Below are positions 47,718-52,835 of a stretch of DNA of 52,835 bases, piece by piece. The stretch is from an uncultured Collinsella sp. (GTDB lineage Bacteria; Actinomycetota; Coriobacteriia; Coriobacteriales; Coriobacteriaceae): NCBI GenBank assembly GCA_900550205.1, contig URRJ01000001.1:1-52835 (forward strand), written 5' to 3'. Numbering within the stretch: the stretch's first letter is position 1; each line of letters starts with the position of its first letter. Under the pieces are notes generated by a model. The model did no database searches, was not told the origin of the DNA, and was given only the letters and a program-made list of their open reading frames with translations. The position numbers were made by a program, and so were the translations under genes.

Positions 47718-48146
47718 CTAACCCTCGACCTCGACGAGCTCGATATCAAAGTTGAGGTCCTTGCCGGCAAGCTCGTGGTTGGCATCGAGCGTCACAGCCT
47801 CGGGCGTCACGTCAATGACGACGGCGGGGACAGGCATGCCGCTCGGCGTGGACAGGAAGAGCTTCATGCCCTTCTCGATCTGCTCGATGTTGGGAACCTG
47901 CTCGGCCGGGAAGGTAATAACCATCTCGGGATTGTGCTCGCCGTAGGCATCGGCAGCAGGAATGTGCACGGTCTTCTTCTCGCCCACCTGCATGTCGACC
48001 ACGGCGGCGTCGAAGCCCTTGATCATCTGGCCGGCGCCGCAGGTGAACTCCAGCGGCTCGCCGCGATCGTAGGAGCTATCGAACTGCGTGCCGTCGTCGA
48101 GCGTGCCGCGATAATGAGTCTTGACCTTCTTGCCCTGGTTGGACAT
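47718..48146 (-). CDS. FKBP-type peptidyl-prolyl isomerase (SlyD/FkpB type)
   Basis: HYRGTLDDGTQFDSS, GAGQMIKGFD, DAYG and DANHELAGKDLNFDIE. Confidence 0.92.
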   Translation of the reverse strand: MSNQGKKVKTHYRGTLDDGTQFDSSYDRGEPLEFTCGAGQMIKGFDAAVVDMQVGEKKTVHIPAADAYGEHNPEMVITFPAEQVPNIEQIEKGMKLFLSTPSGMPVPAVVIDVTPEAVTLDANHELAGKDLNFDIELVEVEG

Positions 48147-48266
48147 GGTAACCTCCGTGATAAGGGCGGCGCACAACGCGGGCCGCCGTGAACATATGGC
48201 GCTAACTATACCCTAGTCATACAATTCAATGACAGTTTGCAAAGAAACGCTGCAACCGGAGGAACC

Positions 48267-49280
48267 ATGGCATATCCCGTATTTGACCTACACTGCGACA
48301 CCGCCGACCGCATCGGCTGGGCCACGCTCGATCTCGACCTGCGCTTTACCGCCGGCACCGACGGTTATTTCCCCGGCGACGAAACGCATCCGCAAGATTT
48401 CGACCTCATCGAGGGCAACGCCTGCGCCATCTCGCTCGCAAAGATCGGCAACACGCCATGGGCACAGTGCTTCGCCACGTTTGTCCCCGATGAGATTCCC
48501 ACCGCCCACGCCGCGCGCTTCCAGGCGCAGATCATGGCGCATATGAGCGGCCAGGCAATGCTCAACCACGACCGCATGGTCAACGTACGCAGCGCGGCAG
48601 ACATTCGCCCCGCGCTCAAAGACGGCAAGGTCGCCTGCATCCACACCATCGAAAACGCCACGTTCTTTGCCGAGGACCCCGCGCTGATCGAGGTGCTCAA
48701 GAGCTTGGGCGTACTCATGTCATCGCTCAGCTGGAATGCGCAGGGACCGCTCGCGAGCGGACACGATACCCACGCCGGCCTCACCGCCGCCGGCATCGAG
48801 GCACTTACGCAGATGGAGCACGCCGGCATGGTGCTTGACGTCTCCCACCTCAACGATGAGTGCTTTGACGAGGTTGTCGCCCACGCCACACGTCCCTTCG
48901 TCGCCAGCCACTCCAACTCTCGTGCAGTTTGCGGCGTTAAGCGCAACCTCACCGACGACCAGTTCCGCACCATTCGCGACATGGGTGGCATCGTCGGCCT
49001 CAACTACTGCAGCGAGTTCCTTTCCAACGACGCAACCGACAAGACCGCCGCAGACGTCACCTTCGACCAGCTGGCGGCACATATCGAGCACTGGCTCGAC
49101 CTGGGCGGCGAGGACGTCATCGCGCTCGGCGGCGACTGGGACGGTGCCACGGTGCCCGCCTTCCTCTCCGATGCCAGCAAGATGCCCGAGTTCCAGAACA
49201 TGCTCTCCAAGCACTTTGGCAAGACCGTGATGCAGAAGCTCTGCAGCGATAATGCCCTTGCCTTCTTTGAGCGTTATTAA
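48267..49280 (+). CDS. Membrane-dipeptidase family (peptidase M19)
   Basis: DLHCDT, DVSHLN, ASHSN.R, RNLTD and GGDWDG. Confidence 0.88.
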   Translation: MAYPVFDLHCDTADRIGWATLDLDLRFTAGTDGYFPGDETHPQDFDLIEGNACAISLAKIGNTPWAQCFATFVPDEIPTAHAARFQAQIMAHMSGQAMLNHDRMVNVRSAADIRPALKDGKVACIHTIENATFFAEDPALIEVLKSLGVLMSSLSWNAQGPLASGHDTHAGLTAAGIEALTQMEHAGMVLDVSHLNDECFDEVVAHATRPFVASHSNSRAVCGVKRNLTDDQFRTIRDMGGIVGLNYCSEFLSNDATDKTAADVTFDQLAAHIEHWLDLGGEDVIALGGDWDGATVPAFLSDASKMPEFQNMLSKHFGKTVMQKLCSDNALAFFERY

Positions 49281-49354
49281 TTTCACATCCCTTGAGCGGG
49301 CCGGCATGCCGAACGGTCGACATGCCGGCCCGTCCCCAATCTGAAGGACCGCTT

Positions 49355-50131
49355 TTGACGCAGCAGTTTACGATTTCCGTATCCCGACCGGATGGGACGC
49401 CCATCCCCGTCGTCGTTACCAAAAAGCGCGTCAAGAACTTCAACCTACGCGTCACATCGAGCGGCGAGGTCCACGCCAGCGCACCGCTCGGCGCCAGCCG
49501 CGAGCATATCGAAGCGTTTGTGAAGCGCAACAGCGCCTGGATTATCAGCCGACTTGCCCAGCGCGAGCAACGTCAGACGACGGCACAGGAGTCGCTCAGC
49601 CCCTCGTCCATCATTGCACTTTGGGGCAAGCCCATCACGGTACAGGATGCACTCGACCACAACTTTGATCCCCCCGCACCGCGGCCCAAACAAGCCACGT
49701 TCGCAAGCTTTATGGGTACCGACGAGCCAGACGAACGTCCGCAGGCCAAGTGGAACGCGCCCCTCGACGGCTTAACGCCCAGTGAGATCCAAGCCCATAT
49801 TGACCAGCTCTATACGTCCGAAGTCACATCGGCGCTGCGGGATATGGTGCACGCATACGAAATCGCAATGGGTGTCGCCGTTTCCCGCGTTTCCGTGCGC
49901 AGCATGAAAACGCGCTGGGGATCATGCACGCCCAAAACCGGCGCCATTCGCATCGCACGAGAACTTGCCGCCTACCCCGTCGAGTGCCTTGACATGGTTG
50001 TCGCCCACGAGCTCGTCCACCTGCTCGAGCCGAGCCACAATCATCGGTTTCACGCGCTGCTCGACACGTACTGCCCCAACAACAGGGCTCTGTCGCAGCG
50101 GCTCAAAAAACCGCCCGCCAACGAGCTCTAG
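49355..50131 (+). CDS. YgjP/DUF45 SprT-like zinc metallopeptidase family protein
   Basis: MKTRWGSC and VVAHELVHL...H...F. Start uncertain (TTG after GAAGGA; ORF open from 49292). Confidence 0.85.
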   Translation: MTQQFTISVSRPDGTPIPVVVTKKRVKNFNLRVTSSGEVHASAPLGASREHIEAFVKRNSAWIISRLAQREQRQTTAQESLSPSSIIALWGKPITVQDALDHNFDPPAPRPKQATFASFMGTDEPDERPQAKWNAPLDGLTPSEIQAHIDQLYTSEVTSALRDMVHAYEIAMGVAVSRVSVRSMKTRWGSCTPKTGAIRIARELAAYPVECLDMVVAHELVHLLEPSHNHRFHALLDTYCPNNRALSQRLKKPPANEL

Positions 50132-50137
50132 AGTCGG

Positions 50138-50623
50138 TTAGCGCACGCGCTCGATCTCGACACCGCAGCTTGCCAGGGGAAGACCGACGGGCGCCCAAGG
50201 CTTATCGAGCTTAACACGCACGCCAAGCATCAGGGGGTAACGACGTAGCAGCATCTGGGCCACACCCTCGGCTGCAGCCTCGATAAGCTTAAACGTATGC
50301 TCACGCAGATAGCCATCGACATCGTGGCACACCGAGCCGTAGTCAATCGAGGCGTCCAGGTTATCGTGCTCCCCCGCTGCACGCAGGTCGGCATAGAGCA
50401 CCAAGGACACGATGAACTTCTGGCCCAGCGCGTTCTCTTCGGGATACACGCCGTGGTTGGCAAAGACCTCGAGACCGTCGATAGTAATGCGATCGGCATG
50501 GCGAAGATCGTCATAGCTCACGTGGGGCACCGCCGTTGCAGTGGATATTTCGCCCCTTCCACGGCGGGCGAGCTCAGCGCCTTCAGTCTTGGTTGCATTC
50601 TCGGGCAGCTTCTTGTTACTCAT
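50138..50623 (-). CDS. folB: Dihydroneopterin aldolase
   Basis: HGVYPEE..LGQKF, SIDYG, LIEAAAE and KPWAP. Confidence 0.88.
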   Translation of the reverse strand: MSNKKLPENATKTEGAELARRGRGEISTATAVPHVSYDDLRHADRITIDGLEVFANHGVYPEENALGQKFIVSLVLYADLRAAGEHDNLDASIDYGSVCHDVDGYLREHTFKLIEAAAEGVAQMLLRRYPLMLGVRVKLDKPWAPVGLPLASCGVEIERVR

Positions 50624-50666
50624 CGCGATCGTCTCCTTCGTTTAGAACCCCGACCGCGCAAACTAA

Positions 50667-51248
50667 CTACACGCGAATCGACAGGTTCTTTTTATCATCG
50701 CTCCAGTTGCAAGCATTGCGCGCGGGGCATGCAAAGCAGGCGCGCGACGCTTTGTCGGCTGCATAGAGCAGACGCTCAAGCGGTTGGCTGTTCACGCGCA
50801 GCTTTCGATGGCCCAGAATGGCCGTCTTAATGGCTGCGGCATCGGCCGGCTCAAACGCCACGTCATCGGGCATGCCGCCGAGTATTGCATCAGCGACGCG
50901 CTCGCTTGCAACATCATGGGATATACCCGATTCATACTGTTCATCTTTGCCGATATCGTGAAGAAGTGCCGTGGCGTAGATGACCTCGCGGTCAAATTCG
51001 AGCTGTTCCTCGAGATTCTTAATCCACATAATGCGCGCGACATCCAGCAGATGGTCAATACCATGGCGGCAAAAGATGCGCCCCGATTCCAACTGTGCGA
51101 TGTTGCCCAGGTGCCGCCGGAACAGCCCATTGGCACAAATGTAATCAATGCGAGGCATGACGCCAAAAGGCGCCAGGCCCGAAGCCATAAAACCGCGACG
51201 CGGCGTTCCCTCATCGGTCTTCGATGCAAAGTCGTTAACGGCTCTCAT
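50667..51248 (-). CDS. HD-domain phosphohydrolase
   Basis: RIFCRH...HLLDVARI, ALLHDIG and ADKASR.CF.C. Located between folE and folB. Confidence 0.85.
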   Translation of the reverse strand: MRAVNDFASKTDEGTPRRGFMASGLAPFGVMPRIDYICANGLFRRHLGNIAQLESGRIFCRHGIDHLLDVARIMWIKNLEEQLEFDREVIYATALLHDIGKDEQYESGISHDVASERVADAILGGMPDDVAFEPADAAAIKTAILGHRKLRVNSQPLERLLYAADKASRACFACPARNACNWSDDKKNLSIRV

Positions 51249-51250
51249 GG

Positions 51251-51808
51251 TTAGCGGCCCAGCATCCTAAAGAATCGCTCCTCGAGCGCGGGATCGGTCT
51301 CAAAGACGCCGCGGCGAGCGAGCGTCACGGTCTTGGTGCCAGGCTTTTGCACGCCGCGCATGGTCATGCACATATGCTCGGCTTCCATGAGCACAATCGC
51401 TCCCTGGGGAGCGAGATAATCCATGAGAGCGTCGGCAACCTGTGCGCACAGCTGCTCCTGCAGCTGCAGGCGGCGAGCATAAACCTCAACCGTGCGGGCA
51501 AGCTTAGACAGACCCGCCACGCGACCGTTAGGGATATAGCCGATCGCAGCCTTGCCATAAAACGGCAGCAAATGATGCTCGCACAGCGAGTAAAACGTAA
51601 TATCGCGCTCGATAACCAAATCGTTCGAAGCGACAGCAAAGGTTTTGGACAGGTGCTCCTCGGCACTCTGGTCCATACCGCCGGCAATCTCGCCATACAT
51701 ACGGGCAACGCGCGCCGGCGTCTCCAGCAGGCCCTCACGAGTTGGGTCCTCGCCTATACCTTCAAGCAGCAGCTTAATGGCAGTCTCGACTTTTTCCTGA
51801 TCGACCAT
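51251..51808 (-). CDS. folE: GTP cyclohydrolase I
   Basis: [32 protein letters not shown] and HMCMTMRG. Confidence 0.96.
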   Translation of the reverse strand: MVDQEKVETAIKLLLEGIGEDPTREGLLETPARVARMYGEIAGGMDQSAEEHLSKTFAVASNDLVIERDITFYSLCEHHLLPFYGKAAIGYIPNGRVAGLSKLARTVEVYARRLQLQEQLCAQVADALMDYLAPQGAIVLMEAEHMCMTMRGVQKPGTKTVTLARRGVFETDPALEERFFRMLGR

Positions 51809-51875
51809 CTGGGCCTCACTTTTTTTGATTTCGCGTTCGCGCTATGGTACCACGCTCTCCGGCATCGACCACAAG

Positions 51876-52457
51876 CTACATAGTATGGGTCGAATAGACC
51901 GGATCATCACGCCAAAGTTCAACCGCATCACAAAGCGCAACGCCCTCGCGATCAGCACGGGCACGCGTGGCATTCATATCAATCACGCGCTGATTGCTCG
52001 AGCCCCTAAAGCGCAATGAGATATCGTACAGATCCTGAACAAACGGGCCGTCCACCAACATGTCGAGGCAGGCGAGAATGCGGTCCGTCACCTCGGTATG
52101 ATGACGACCGCCCGGCATAAGTTCCTCAAGCACGTCGCCGGTAAAGCACCAAATGGTCTTGCCCGAATCCACAGGATAAGTGGCACGAACACGCTCAATG
52201 AAATCAACGAGTCCCGCCTGGTTCTCGGGTTCCATAGGCTCCCCGCCCAGAATCGTCAGGCCATCAATAAAGGGATGGTCGAGACTCTCGATAATCTTAT
52301 CCTCGACGGCGCGATCGAACGGCTCGCCCGCAGCAAAGTCCCACGCGACAGAGTTAAAGCAATTCTTGCACCCACGACGGCACCCGCTCACAAACAGAGA
52401 AGTACGAACGCCTTCCCCATCAGCAATGTCGAAATACTTAATGTTCGCGTAGTTCAT
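51876..52457 (-). CDS. nrdG: Anaerobic ribonucleotide reductase activating protein (radical SAM)
   Basis: DIADGEGVRTSLFVSGC..GCKNCFN, LGGEP, DGPF and FRGSSNQR. Confidence 0.92.
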   Translation of the reverse strand: MNYANIKYFDIADGEGVRTSLFVSGCRRGCKNCFNSVAWDFAAGEPFDRAVEDKIIESLDHPFIDGLTILGGEPMEPENQAGLVDFIERVRATYPVDSGKTIWCFTGDVLEELMPGGRHHTEVTDRILACLDMLVDGPFVQDLYDISLRFRGSSNQRVIDMNATRARADREGVALCDAVELWRDDPVYSTHTM

Positions 52458-52472
52458 AGGTAACTCTCCCGG

Positions 52473-52556
52473 GAGGCCGGGACATATCATCCCATCCTCA
52501 AACATTCTCGGCCTGCGGCCTGCGAAACTGCGGGCGGGACGATATGTCCCGGCCTC
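52473..52556. repeat. Long inverted repeat upstream of nrdG
   Basis: Perfect 16-bp arms gaggccgggacatatc / gatatgtcccggcctc. Confidence 0.7.
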
Positions 52557-52835
52557 ATGCAAAGGGTAACTCAATGAACGAAGCGAACATCGAGTATAGG
52601 GTTCGAGGTCCAATAAAAACTTTGTTACAGCTCAACCACCATCGCAAGTAAATCGCAGCTGCAGCTCGAATTATTTCCGCTAAGAACTTCGAGGAGTGAG
52701 CAGACCGCATGCTGCATCTCAGCTACATCAACTTGGCTGCCCCGTAGCGAGGCCCCGGACCTTTGCTCGATATGAGTTCCGCACGAACAGGAGGCGCCAG
52801 TGGCGCCTCCGTCGTGAGCCAGGACTGTCCGAAAT

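Overview
This is a GC-rich actinobacterial chromosome segment. Gene content and style suggest Coriobacteriia, probably Collinsella-like (inference). Most of it is housekeeping or metabolic: ldh, a PLP aminotransferase, nadE, ettA, an sdpRI-like pair, tcdA-tatD, a frlD/HAD/deoC cluster, pgi, an SOS-regulated Y-family polymerase with a YolD-like partner, DUF3793-flavodoxin, an amino-acid ABC transporter, nfo, metY-lysR, rnhA, a fur-family regulator, slyD-ureE-like genes, folE-HD-folB and nrdG. The most striking feature is a ~3.5 kb integrase-less islet (about 17052-20650) at the 3' end of pgi. It is bounded by a duplicate of the last 10 pgi codons plus the terminator. It carries a three-gene operon: an unknown helical protein, a ClpP-family protease with an intact triad, and a soluble VirD4/TraG-like ATPase, with no T4SS, relaxase or Clp unfoldase alongside. 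Other points of interest: a cobalamin riboswitch upstream of a ~1505-aa surface protein, a candidate Cys/Met leader peptide before metY, a UUCG-capped structured intergenic element, REP-like repeats flanking a degenerate Fe-ADH fragment, and an orphan ureE. I saw no rRNA, tRNA, CRISPR array, transposase or integrase. All product calls come from motif recognition by eye, not from database searches.
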